A stretch of 64,000 bases of DNA. It comes from Octopus sinensis. Its lineage: Eukaryota. This document shows, in pieces, positions 46,598-60,984 of this stretch. The first letter of the stretch is position 1, and the number at the start of each line of letters is the position of its first letter. The stretch is from positions 248,001 to 312,000 of the forward strand of contig NW_021832226.1 of NCBI RefSeq assembly GCF_006345805.1, read 5' to 3'. The position numbers were made by a program, and so were the translations under genes. The notes under the pieces are model-generated. The model worked only from the letters and a program-made list of their open reading frames with translations. It did not search any database and was not told the DNA's origin.

Positions 46598-46769
46598 TTC
46601 ACTTTTTATTTGAAATGTTGATATTCTTGATTCACATTACTAACATATATATTACTTTTCGTAAAAGAATCGGATTTTATCAATCTTTTTAAAAAATAGT
46701 CTTGCGAGAGATTAATGCAGCTGAAAATTGTTTTAAGTAACTAAAATAGCGCACGTGCACACTTACTAA

Positions 46770-47540
46770 TGACACGACTGGTCTCAAAAGCAAGGGGCTA
46801 AACAGACGGGTTGCGAGAGGGAAAGATACTGTCGATCTTCAAATTTTCTACCCTGGAGAAGGTATGTTCCGGAGTCGCTTCTATGAAAGTCAGGCCCGTA
46901 GATGTCTGCGCAGGTCGCATCCCAGACAAGGAACTTTCCACACTTGCACGGGAAGATGGTTATCCCACCATTCGCACACTGCTTTCTTCATGATTTTGTT
47001 AGTGACGCATACCGCGGTAACCTTTCGGCACTTCTAAACTTGTATATTCACAGCCCGAGCCTCAGGCAGACTTTGATTCTCAGAGATTTGCTGTCCAACA
47101 AAAATCCGGCGACAAACAAAGGTAACGCTTTTAGTTAGTCATCGAGATACGGAATTGATCCCCCTTTTCCAAAACTTTTTCGTACTTTATGCCGTCCCAA
47201 TTTTTCTGGACGCATTTATCGACAGGTAACAAAACGCTGGATGAATACCGGACATTGGTAACCCTCAAAAACTCAGCCAACCCAGACTGTTCAAAGAAAT
47301 GAAAATGAGCATAGTTGATGTGACTCGGTGAAAGGGCCATGGATAAGGGAGATAGCATAACAGGGAAAGTTAACGCAACTGCAAAAAACAATACCTTTTT
47401 GCTGGATTGGAAGATTCGCCCAATGGGCTGAATTCCAAATTAATGGGCGTGTTTAAAATTGTTTTCGGTGAACCAGACAGGATGAAATCAAAGGCCGATA
47501 GTTGTTTTTTTACATCAGAAAGAAGAAGACGACCGGAGAA
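46770..47540 (-). mobile_element. CRE-clade 3' fragment, third subfamily
   Basis: VQKNWD; PCKCGKFLVWDATCADIY-type RLE segment; frameshifted. Confidence 0.7.
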
Positions 47541-47619
47541 AAAATAAAATGTGAAATAAACAAAAAATTTTAGCAAAAAGACGGGGGGGAATGTGACTGC
47601 AGTTTTAAAGTTAGTTAAT

Positions 47620-48550
47620 TAATAATCCAGAACTCCATGACATTCAATCCCCAGATGGCTATAAAGTCATGTATTAATTCTGATCTTTTTGTCTTCCGTT
47701 TCCCAGGTGGATTTTTAGCAGAATTCTTTCCAGATCACCACAGGTACCACGTATTTTCTTATTTTTGGCAGATTTGCAAAATTATGAGCCGTGTGTTTGA
47801 GATGGTCTCCAATAGACATGATTTTTGTGACTGAACAGAATGAGTTTTGAAGTCTTGCATAATTTCAATAGTCCCTCAGTCAGCTCTCGTAATCCAAAAA
47901 TAAGTTTCGGTCCTGTACATAACATTGCTTGGCTAATTGGGGAGTTATTTCTATACTTTAAAGACCATAAGGACTTGATAGCATCCACTTTGGGTTCAAT
48001 CAAGCACTTGAATAATACAGAATGATTGATGTTTTGTTGATGCGTTTTAGCAATAATTTATTTTATATTTCCTTTACAGTCTTTTCCTCGGGCGGGTTTG
48101 GATACTATATTTTAGAGCAACATACTCTTCGAACATGGCAATGTAGTTTTTTAACATAAAAGTTTGTAGAATCGATGTTCTTCCACTACAGTTTGCTGAA
48201 AAACTCGGTCAGCATACGTTTAGATTTTAATTCGACAGATTCTAGTCTTCTTTCAAGAATATCCTTTTTTTGTTAGTTCGTGCGATGTGGATTTGTCTGT
48301 GAATGACGATTTTTGCACATTTTTGTCAATCGGTTCTATAAAAACCAATCCAATATACTAGTTGATAGTAAATATTCGTTTAGCACTTTTAAACAAAAGT
48401 CAGCTGGCTGAAGTGGCAAATCAATCTTGCGAGGACCCTTCGGATGAAGCAAACGGGAAAATCTTGTGTTCGGAGAATGAAAGTGCTGATGGTGCGTTGG
48501 TGGAAAGCTCTCCCAAGAGGAGAAAAATTCCAGGAGACGAGGATCATTGA
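47620..48550 (+). CDS. Unidentified multi-exon gene; 5' end uncertain
   Basis: Chain of 21-44-nt GT-AG introns gives an open spliced frame ..KSMFFHYSLLKNS|ILVFFQEYPFF..|ALLNKSQLAEV..SSPKRRKIPGDEDH* (acidic tail, NLS-like). Confidence 0.45.
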
Positions 48551-48716
48551 GGTAACGTGATTATGAAGACATTTTCCAACAAAACTTAGAATAACTTTTG
48601 AATTAATTTTTCGTATAAAATAATTGTTCAAATTTTGTAATCGATGAATATAAAATTAGTTTTTATTTTTTCTTAAGACACAATATTAGAAAATCTTATT
48701 AGTTAATAAAATAATT

Positions 48717-51134
<2,418 letters not shown>

Positions 51135-51845
51135 AAAATAATTTTACGGTATAATCATGTATTTTAAACCACTACGGTGAAAAATGAAAAGCTAAATATT
51201 ATATTACTAAGCTAATTAAATTTTTTTACGTAGACTAAACATCGTCATAGTAGTATCTTTATATTTATCTACACCTAAAAGTGATTTCTAATCCGCCAAT
51301 TTTAGTAACATTTTATACTTGCACTAGCATAAAATATGAAAATATGTCTGTTCTCTAAACAGCTTTCTCCATTTCTGGCAAATTCTAGCCTCTAAGAGTT
51401 GCTTTCGCTGTTTATCAAATTTGTTTAAACTGTGATGGACAGGTGGAATGTTTATCTACAGTAAAAGTGCAATATAGCCGAAGTTAAGTTCGTGAAAGCC
51501 ATATTACAGGGCAAAAGCATTCTTCGTTTCCGTTCGTCCTTTGGCTAGAACCACTGAGTATTCTTCATGGTTCCAAATTTGAACAAATGTCGTTCATGCG
51601 TGACGGAGGACGTTTACGCATTAACCATCTTGTATTTTTTGGTGGCATTAAACTGTTCACTCGGTTTGCAGAGATCATTCTTGTGTTTGATAGTCTAGTC
51701 AAAGTCTTGAAGGAACGCCAAGGATAAAAGTATCTTGGTGTGGTTGAGTACCCAGCTTAATTAATTTCGCTAGAAACATAAAAAGGCCTATACCTAATCA
51801 CCTTCCTAATTGTTACTTTTATTAAATAATTGTGTGAAAAGATCA

Positions 51846-52290
51846 TTATTATTTTATTATTTAAAGACCAAACACGGGCAAAGCCAGTTAATTATAGTTA
51901 TTCCCGTGATCGCCGATCCAAACGAGGGAGATCCTTCTGAAAGGTTCAATCCTTCCCGCAAGATCGGCCTGAGACGACGATGTCCCAGGGTCTGAGAAGC
52001 TAAGAGTCCTTTTTCGGTAGGCATTAAGTGCCTCCTGAGCGTTGCCATATCCGGAGGAATTTCCAACTGACATGGTGGACCCCGTAACGCCACGCTAAGC
52101 CCGGAAGGTAAGAGATCCCCATTTCCAACTGTGTCGTGCCAGAAGTGCTCGTTGCCTCACGGGCAGGGGAACGATAACGAGAATTTGCCCCAGGATGAAA
52201 ACTGGCCTCCTTCGGAATCGAACTCACGACCGTCTAAATCCATTATCCATAGCTTAGTCTTCAGCCAACGGGACCGTGACGGAGGACGTT
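51846..52290 (-). mobile_element. Putative tRNA-derived SINE-like element
   Basis: 13-bp TSD tgtgaaaagatca (51833-51845 and 52291-52303); head with GGTCGTGAGTTCGATTCC B-box; (TAA/A)-rich tail; inserted in a CRE 3'UTR. Confidence 0.7.
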
Positions 52291-52303
52291 TGTGAAAAGA
52301 TCA

Positions 52304-52950
52304 AAAGAGAACATAAAAGTAAAAAGATAACTAAGCTAATTAATGGCCTCACGAGACACCCGGCCAGCCTCGCGAATGGCGAAGCCGTTCCCTCGGATCA
52401 CAGCAATCGACAGACGTTCCAGGAGCCAAGAATACTCTCTTGGATCGTGGCTTGTCCTTGAAATCCGTCGACCGAGCGAGCGAAGCGGAGTGTCTTGGGG
52501 CCGAAGATCCCGGAGGACTTCACGGCGATTGGAGTAAAGAACAGCGAGTTGGAGAGGTGGCCGTACTAGAGAATCTTTCGGTCCTCGGCCTGCCTCGAAA
52601 CGTGCCCAGGATTGGCGGCGGACAAAGCGAGATTTCCCAGCAAGAACGTGTCCGAACAGGTAGAATCCCAAATAAGGGATTTCCCTTGCTCGTATGGGAA
52701 GGTGGACATGCAGTCTGGGCGTTTGCCATCCCCTCTATTCAGTCCAACAGGTTCGAGGATTGACGGGACGCCAGCTGAAGCGAGGGCTCTCTGTATGAAC
52801 GAGTTGAGTTCACTGTGACGGAGGGCACGACCGGAACTCCCACGGCAAGCGAGGGGGTGCAAACCGTACTCGTCAACAGTTCCCCCACAGCGGCATTTGT
52901 GCGTCTGGCAGATTTTCAGCCCGACACGGAGGGAGATTGCGATTCTTAGG
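52304..52950 (-). mobile_element. CRE-clade 3' fragment
   Basis: CRCGG..HPLACR..RH, LEPVGLNRGDGKRPD, WDSTCSDT, LERLSIAVIRGN. Confidence 0.85.
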
Positions 52951-53756
52951 CATTTAGATTATGTGAAATTTAAAAATTAATTAACATTAAATTAATTCAC
53001 CACGAGAAATTTTTTAAGACAATTTTCGAAAACCAATTAGTCCCATTTAGATATTCTTTTACTAAGATGTAGTGTATCATCCGAATTAATGACAGTGTAG
53101 TATTGAGACGGAGGATATTGTTTTCTCAAATATATGAGATATATAACACATCCAGTTAATCCTGACAATCCAAAAGTCATTACGAATTTATTCTAATATA
53201 GTATTCATTATTCTACAGGCCGTGTGTACAATTCAAAATTGAATGTTCTGAAAAATTTAGTAGAATTGGTAGTTTTAAGACCAGGATCTCTTATCTCAAA
53301 AAATTGCTTAATAAATGATTGAATCCTACCGAATACACCCATCACACATAAAATTACCCTACAAAAATATTTATATAATTAAATATTAAAATTAATAATT
53401 TTTCATCATTTTTAACTCGCCATCGCCTCATGCCCTCAGATATATGAGATCAAGTAGTAGAGTTAGGGTTAGGGTTAGTAGATATTATTGACGATCAAAG
53501 TCAAGTTTTGTTTTTGACATCAGAATATTACTAAAATAAGATTCACACATTTAAGACACTAAAAACAAATCTCATCGCGCAGAAAGTGATCAATATTAAA
53601 AAACGACAATCATAATAATCCAAGTGAAAAGTTATGCTAAGTAATAATAATTGGGGTTAGCATGAAAAGAGACACTTCGTGCCTTGTTTTTATCTTCCCG
53701 TTAATGATCTCCCCGAAAACAATTCTATTACATTATTCTATTCTATTACATTTTTC

Positions 53757-53855
53757 TATTTAGCTTTAAATAATATCATTTAGGTTGAAACTATTCCATT
53801 TAGGTTAAAAGTATTTCATTTAGCTTGGAACTATTATCATTTAGCATGAAAAATT
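53757..53855. repeat. Degenerate 20-bp minisatellite, 5 units
   Basis: (c)atttag core; its tag falls at 53761, 53781, 53801, 53821 and 53842. Confidence 0.65.
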
Positions 53856-53898
53856 GTAAACTTTATTAAAAAAGAAACTAATTAACTAAGTAATTTTA

Positions 53899-54010
53899 CT
53901 AACTAAGTCCAGAGCCTTCGAAGTGAGCAGAAGATGGCACTCCACGCACCTCCTCCCCTTCTTCCTCCTCTTCTCTGGCACTGTAGACCTTCGAGAAGGT
54001 GCAGTCCAGC
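53899..54010 (-). mobile_element. Solo 3' terminus of the RLE retroelement seen at 24819-24930
   Basis: Aligns with 24819-24930 (gtccagagccttc..ctctggcactRtagacctYcgagRaggtgcagtccagc). Confidence 0.75.
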
Positions 54011-54087
54011 GCGCAAAATAATTGTGTTAATGAATTCGTTATTGTCGACGTAGCCAGCTTAAATATGGGGTTTCTGACAGAACAGTG

Positions 54088-54947
54088 ATGTTTTTAGTTT
54101 CTATATGTCTTTTATATCAACTTGTATTATATCAACTCGTATTTTTTAATAATAGAAAATTTTTACCGCAAAAAGACATGATTCCATTCACAATATTGTG
54201 CCATTCTCAGATCACGGCCTACCGGTAATTTAATAATCATAATACATTAGGTCCCACAAATTTATGAAAGATCTACAACATTGAGTAATACTTAGTTCTT
54301 TATTGTATGTTAAGAAATCCCTACTACAAAAACAACTTTAGCTACTCAGAAATTCAAAAGTACAATCACAACTCCAGGTGAAACAGTATTCAATACATTT
54401 TAGATACTTCTGCAACTAAAGCAACTTCAGGTAACTTAAAATACGATACATTCTAGATACAAGTACAACTATAACCACTTTAGGTAATTTACCAATCAAT
54501 ATAATATAGATACTACCAGTAATAGGAAGCCTGTAATAAGTAATACACTGAACAATTAATACACTTTAGAAAAAATTTCTTTAAAAAAGAATCTTAATCG
54601 TATTAATTTTCATCTGTTAATATTTTTATATAGAAAAAACATTACTCAAAAGTCCTAAAGGTAACTAAATTTCATTCAATTGTTTTAGAAACCAAAATAG
54701 CTTATAAAAAAAGTTTACCCCAAATATAAATTTTGTTAAAGATAATGAATTAAAGACCGATCATACCCACATAGTTGTCGCAGTTCTCGTAGTTCTAAGC
54801 GTATGTATTATTGCTCTAATTCTTTCTGTATTTATGGTAAAGAAAAAAAAATATTTTCAAGCAAAACCAAATCATGAATATTCTCAGTACCTATACTCTA
54901 TTAAAATTAGGTCTATGTCTCGTGATGTGATAATTACCGGATACTAA
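54088..54947 (+). CDS. Micro-exon gene encoding a 182-aa mucin-like type I membrane protein
   Basis: Exons 54088-54123, 54156-54224, 54251-54284, 54315-54377, 54404-54430, 54457-54483, 54510-54539, 54570-54599, 54634-54660, 54689-54712, 54742-54886, 54911-54947. All 11 introns are GT-AG, 24-34 nt, and splice to one open 549-nt frame: hydrophobic N-terminus, Thr/Ser stalk, Lys-rich linker, TM IVVAVLVVLSVCIIALILSVFMV, then KKKK. Confidence 0.8.
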
Positions 54948-55099
54948 TTAATTCTTTAGGTTAATTAACACTAATATTAACACTTATTTCTTGGAAATTT
55001 AATTTGCTATTCAGGAAATACATCGAGTCAGTCACAATTAGAATAACCTTTAAGAGTAGGGATAAATCAAATGGCTTCAAATTGTACTAGAAGTCATTG

Positions 55100-55500
55100 A
55101 ATTTTCCACCGCCATGCTATGGTGTAGAAGAATATTTCATTTTCTTTTAGTCAAGTTTTGAAAGATAGTATGAAAATTATTAATATGTTAAAAAAGACCT
55201 TCAAAATTTTTCAATTTACACAATTTGGAAAACAATTTTTGGTTAGTGAGAGAAAATTGTCTATTTGTTTTGTTTTGGGCGGAATATTGGAGGGAATATT
55301 TTTAAGATGTATCTGAGCTGCATTTTATGGAGGGAAATAAGATTTTCAATTTTATGCATTGTGAGTGCCTAGGTATTAGAACTTTACAATAGGATCGGTT
55401 TCACGAACACGTTATATAATTTGATTTTTAGAAAGCAGAAAATTGTTTACCTCGTAATTTGCTAGTAACTTCGTAATATGTCCTCAGTATCTCCTAAAAA
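55100..55500 (-). mobile_element. RTE-like LINE remnant
   Basis: IKLYNVFVKPILL..ALTMHKIENLISLHKMQLRYILKIF. Confidence 0.5.
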
Positions 55501-55599
55501 AAACCTTAAGTTTCTTTTTATAAAAATTTGAATGATTTCATTTAATAAAACGGGAATTTATTAATGAACAAATTCTTCGGTGGTAGTAGTTGTAACCAT

Positions 55600-55880
55600 T
55601 TTAACGCTGCCAAAAAGAGTGTGGATCATCGTGGTACAAGATGTGGTAGAATGTTGAACAGCTATTACCTGCGTCGCCACAATGAGGTGGTAAAGTGGAT
55701 TCAATTTACATCTGCCGAAAATATAAGATAAAACAGCCTAGAATGTTGAGGTGGTCGAAATAAATGTAGACACGACGATCAAGATTATACTAAAGTCAAT
55801 TATAATAAACCGGATATTTTTGTTTAAGACAAAGTTCGGAAAATCATTATGCTCATCGAAGTTATGTTACCCATATTTGA
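55600..55880 (+). mobile_element. RLE-type retroelement remnant feeding into the tRNA-half array
   Basis: VDHRGTRCGRML..RRHNEVVK; NKPDIFV*DKVRKIIMLIEV. Confidence 0.75.
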
Positions 55881-56513
55881 AAAAATACCAGCAGTGAGAT
55901 TCGAACTCACGCACGTTTCCGTAATAGCACCCTTAAGCTACGACAAAGTTCGGAAAAATCATTATGCTCATCGAAGTTATGTTACCCATATTTGAAAAAA
56001 TACCAGCAGTGAGATTCGAACTCACGCACGTTTCCGTAATAGCACCCTTAAGCTACGACAAAGTTCGGAAAAATCATTATGCTCATCGAAGTTATGTTAC
56101 CCATATTTGAAAAAATACCAGCAGTGAGATTCGAACTCACGCACGTTTCCGTAATAGCACCCTTAAGCTACGACAAAGTTCGGAAAAATCATTATGCTCA
56201 TCGAAGTTATGTTACCCATATTTGAAAAAATACCAGCAGTGAGATTCGAACTCACGCACGTTCCGTAATAGCACCTTAAGCTACGACAAAGTTCGGAAAA
56301 ATCATTATGCTCATCGAAGTTATGTTACCCATATTTGAAAAAATACCAGCAGTGAGATTCGAACTCACGCACGTTTCCGTAATAGCACCCTTAAGCTACG
56401 ACAAAGTTCGGAAAAATCATTATGCTCATCGAAGTTATGTTACCCATATTTGAAAAAATACCAGCAGTGGGATTCGAACCCACGCACGTTTCCGTAATAG
56501 CACCTTAAGCTAC
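55828..56513. repeat. Tandem array of six 113-115-bp chimeric units (retroelement fragment plus tRNA-Leu 3' part on minus)
   Basis: Units start at 55828, 55942, 56057, 56172, 56285 and 56400. Confidence 0.95.
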
Positions 56514-56539
56514 CGCCTTAACCGCTCGGCCATGCTGGC
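56459..56539 (-). tRNA. tRNA-Leu(AAG)
   Basis: GCCAGCA/TGCTGGT acceptor; D arm GCCGAGCGGTTAAGGC; anticodon arm GTAGC-TTAAGGT-GCTAT; long variable arm; GTGGGTTCGAATCCCAC T arm; T6 terminator directly after. Confidence 0.95.
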
Positions 56540-58230
56540 TTTTTAATATATCTCTAGACTCACATATTTGTATCTTGTATCTTTCATCTTTCATATTTTC
56601 ATATTATTTTATTTCTATTTTTTCCTTTTTCAATATTAGAAAAATATCAAATTATTAAATTACTCAATGAATTTTTCGAATAAATTAAACAAATACATAA
56701 ACTTACCGAAGTTTTTTTCTTCAACTCAGTCGTTAAATTTCAATTTTTAGTTTTTCTATACTTCTATTTCAGTTAACCTATTGGAATTAACCACATTATC
56801 CTATTAAAGATAGATGATATCACATTCTTGCCCATATATGTACAGGAAAAAGACTAGTTTATCTTCCAACCACGTTCTTTGAATACTAAATGTGTAATGA
56901 ATTTACTTATATCAATTCGACATTTTCGGTTAAAACAAGACCAGGTTGCTTTGTTTCAATGGAACATTACATTCATTTGATGCCTCTTAGGACATTTGAT
57001 GCTTCTTAGGACACGGATTCCAGAAAGCTAGGCTCGTCTTCCTCAGACGGCGGTAGTTCATAATCTATAATTTCTATAAAAAAATTTTATTAATACAAAT
57101 TCAGCATTAAAAAGTGTCATGTAGTTAACCTAAGAGTACCATGTCTTCATTTAAAACAAATCGTCTATATTTTGAATCAAAATATACTGGTTTACAATAG
57201 GTGTGAAGATCATTTCTTCTAAAAAAATGGACTGTGCACGACTAACCCAATACATTGTAACTTACAAACTTTAATGATCTGTAAATCAACAATTTTTAAT
57301 AAATTGATCGATTATTATTTGAATAAATAATCATACAAAATAATTAATTAATAAAATTTTGTTTTGAATAAATTAAAAAATAACCAAAATTTAACTGCTG
57401 TTAGTTTTACTGAGTGTAGTATTTCTGGTAAAGTTTAAAACTCGATTCTTATTCTAATATTATTATAATTTTAAACTTAATTGTCTAATTTCGGTAAAAA
57501 TAAATATTGAAATTTAACCTGACAATCTTTCCTTCATATCTTAGAAGACAATTAATTATCAATTGCTTTTCAGAATCTAATTTTTTAAGGAGTAGTAATT
57601 AAATATTAAAATATCATTTTAGATAGCTCTCGTCATATTACAATTTGAAATGGCTGCGAAATTATTTTTATTCTATCATAGACTAGTTTTTTGTTTTGTT
57701 TTAAATAGATGGATACTTTGCATTATTTGATGGTATTTTGTCTATTCAAATATACAACAGTGCTAGAAATTTCATGAAATTCAAATTTTAGCGTTGTCAG
57801 ACCATCTCGATTTCTTTCTCTCTATAAAACTTACCGTAAGAAAAAATGGCATATCGACTAAAATAATTCTTTTTAAACAAGCTGCATTAATTAGCTTTTC
57901 AAAAGAATCTCAATTTTTATTCCTTAGGTGAACAAACGTAGAATTTTTAACGAAGAAGTGTAATTTTTGTAATAGTTATTATTTTGTCGATTTATGTTTT
58001 ATTCTGCATGCATTCACAGTGATGATTTAATGATTAGAAGTATCGAAGTCGATATTTAACTACAAAAATTAGTGGATATGTTTTTTGATCTACTAATTAT
58101 TACCCTATAGATTAGAAGAAGATAAAAAAGAAAAAAACTATAAATATATTTTCCTGTCCACTAATTATTGTTCTATTGATTAATCAAAACATGAAAATAA
58201 AAACACGATAAAAAAATATATTTTTGAAAA

Positions 58231-58480
58231 CTATAAAGTTTTTAGATATAAATTATTTTTTAATATTTTTTTCGGCAGCAGTATTAAATCGTTCATATAA
58301 AAATCTTTCGATATAAAATTTGCATTCCAACAAGGCTTTGAATACATATGAGTGGATATTTTACAGTATTTACAAAATCGGTGTTTACAATAGCTGCAGT
58401 CAACCATTTTGTTTATATAATGTACAAATTTGACCACTTTGCAGAGTGGGCATCGGACGTGCCATCCTGAACTTCTTTCT
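58231..58480 (-). CDS. IBR-like Cys/His segment of a probable RBR E3 ligase gene or pseudogene; boundaries unresolved
   Basis: WHVRCPLCK..VDCSYCKHRFCKYCKISTH..PC fits C6HC IBR spacing; I could not assemble the flanking exons. Confidence 0.45.
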
Positions 58481-59949
58481 GTCTAAAAATCATCCAAATA
58501 TTATAACCAATTCTTTATTTTTGAAATGTTTATTTTCTTGATTTTTATTTGATTTGTTTTTTCTTGGTGGGATATTTTCTTTATTATCATTATTTGTGTT
58601 TTCAATACGGGAGCAAAATAAATTCATATCCGAAAAACCAATGACTAGATTATATTTTTAATTTTAGTTATCCGTCACAGATTTTATACAAATTCGTATC
58701 ACGTACTCCTATCGTAGATCGATTATTTGTATAGTCTGTTGAAAATTAAAAAAATTACTTAAATCAATGACACATGATTTTGTGTTCCAATGTGTTTGAG
58801 ACCATACATTTTTTTATCATTTACGAATAAATGATTTGTATAGAGAAATTCATGTATGCACTTTATAATTACTCTTCCTTAACTATATAATACCCGGTTA
58901 TTTAGTATTTTGATTTAATCTAAATGAAGTAATTGGAATCATTCTTCTATTTATAATTTATTGCTATGAACTCATAAAATTTTATCTATATGGATCATAA
59001 TAGAAAATTACAAATTTATTGTAATTTCACTTGTTAATTGCAAAACTAGGGCATCGATTGTTAGATAATTTTACAGAGACGTATTTAAAAAAATCATTAG
59101 AGATTGTTAAAAATATTTACTATGTAATTTAAATTATTAATGTATAGAAGTTTGGTAGAAAAAAAAATTAGAAATTCTAGCTAATCCTTATTTTATTAAA
59201 AAAATCATTAAATTGGCATTTAAAATTTATAATGAATGTCTATTAAAATAATTTATTTATAATTTTATCATATACCAATAAATCATGTGCAATAATAATA
59301 AAATTTGAATCTCAATTTTTTCCAAATGCATCATGGCATCTTTCTTTTATGTTGAGGAAAGCAAGTAATGCTAAAGAAAACAAGTAAGTAATCTTTATGA
59401 AGTCTATGTATTTGATAGAGGAATCTTTTAATTATAATACTAAAAGACAGTAAATTTTGTTATTTTTCTATTTTTGCTAAAGTTTTTCTGATACGAATAT
59501 TTCATTTTAGTTAAGAGCAATTGAATTGAATTCTACTTAAAAATAATTAACTTCCAGTAATTTTATTTAACAAGTGTTTAAAATTAATTTAATATTGTGT
59601 TATTATTTTTAATCAATCAAAAACCAACAGTTGGAAAAAAATTTTAATGACCATTTTGAATGTGATAGTTCTTTTTAGATTAATCAAAGATAAATAAAAT
59701 CAACGAGATAAACCAGTTTAGAGCTTTTAATAAGGATAAAGAGAACTAAAATCGAATTTAGTTACACAAAATAAAAATTTTAACTAAGTAAAAAAGTAAA
59801 AATATATTTTTCTTTATAACTTTGAGTTATTGAGCAGTTCTTCAAAAAAATTGTAATAGTTAAAAATTGAAACTAATTTTTTTCCTTATTTCCAAAAATG
59901 AGTAGAAAAATATTTTTGATTAACACCTCCGAATAATGTGGAAGCGGCT

Positions 59950-60460
59950 TCAAATTAGAGAAGATCTCTTCATGTTACGCGACGTACCTTGGAATTGCCA
60001 GAAATGGTAAATGTTATCTAGAGAACTAACTTATTGTGATGCACACACTTTGTTGTGACCAATGATAGCGACCAACATCAAGGAAAGAGAAAGCGCTACC
60101 TCCGAACAACGCCAAGCTGATTCGCACTTGTCTATTTTTTTGCTGATATTAACAACCCGATTTACGAGAAGTTTGATTTGAAGCACTCGAATCTTGTCCG
60201 AGATGGACCACATCCGGAATACATCCTTGTCCAATTTTTGGTTGATTACAAACCTTGGACTGTGGAAACGGTGATAAGTGTTTAATCTGCTATCTTAGAG
60301 TTTCCATGTTGTGTTATTTTTGTCTCTTGCAAGCAACAGATGAACACCATGTGTTGCTCTAGATTTCTTGAAGTTGAATTAATTTTTACATGGGATTGAA
60401 TTCTCTAACGTTAAGAGTGGCAATTGAAAACTAGCTAGCGGATACCAAGCGTGAAAAAAT
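59950..60460 (-). mobile_element. AP-endonuclease domain remnant of an RTE-like LINE
   Basis: Across frames: ATLNVR, ICCLQETK, WSISDKIRVLQI. Confidence 0.55.
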
Positions 60461-60984
60461 CATTTGTGTAAAAGAGGGACGTCACTACTTCAACCAGCTT
60501 AGAGTTTTGCCCATCGAAATTAATTATTATAATCAATGTTTTATAACTCAATTTTTTTCCGATCTAAGCCTCTTACGGTCCATAATCTCAAAAAATAAAT
60601 AAAACGTTAGAAAGAATGACTGTTGAACACAGAATATCAACAATTATAATGATCTAATTTCCAGAACCAGAATAGTCTTATAGCTAGAAGAAAAGAACTA
60701 GGAGCTTAGTTTATTTTTTAGAAAGTCAGTTTCCGCACTACAATACGGAAAAAACAGATGTCGGAAAAAGTAATTTTTTGAACAGAGCCGTATAACTCCG
60801 CAATGGGTAGGACACACACTATTATTTTAAATAAAAAGGAGAAATTAATTTTTAAATTAATCTTAGGTAGGACCAAGAAATGATCTTCACTTTTTTCTCG
60901 TGTGTCATGTTCAAAGTCGATACTCCAGTCCCGCAATAAATGTTCACTGATGACGAAGTCACTCGTCAATTACATGATCCCGAG

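Noticed and set aside
48050-48640. Minus-strand gene reading
   Set aside because: It needs a frameshift and lacks a start, whereas the plus strand splices to an open frame.
52270-52290. Similarity to a flatworm spliced leader (CCGTCACGGT)
   Set aside because: A 10-nt match only, with no splice donor or Sm site following.
55828-56513. CRISPR-like array
   Set aside because: Units are near-identical over their whole length with no unique spacers, there are no cas genes, and the context is eukaryotic.
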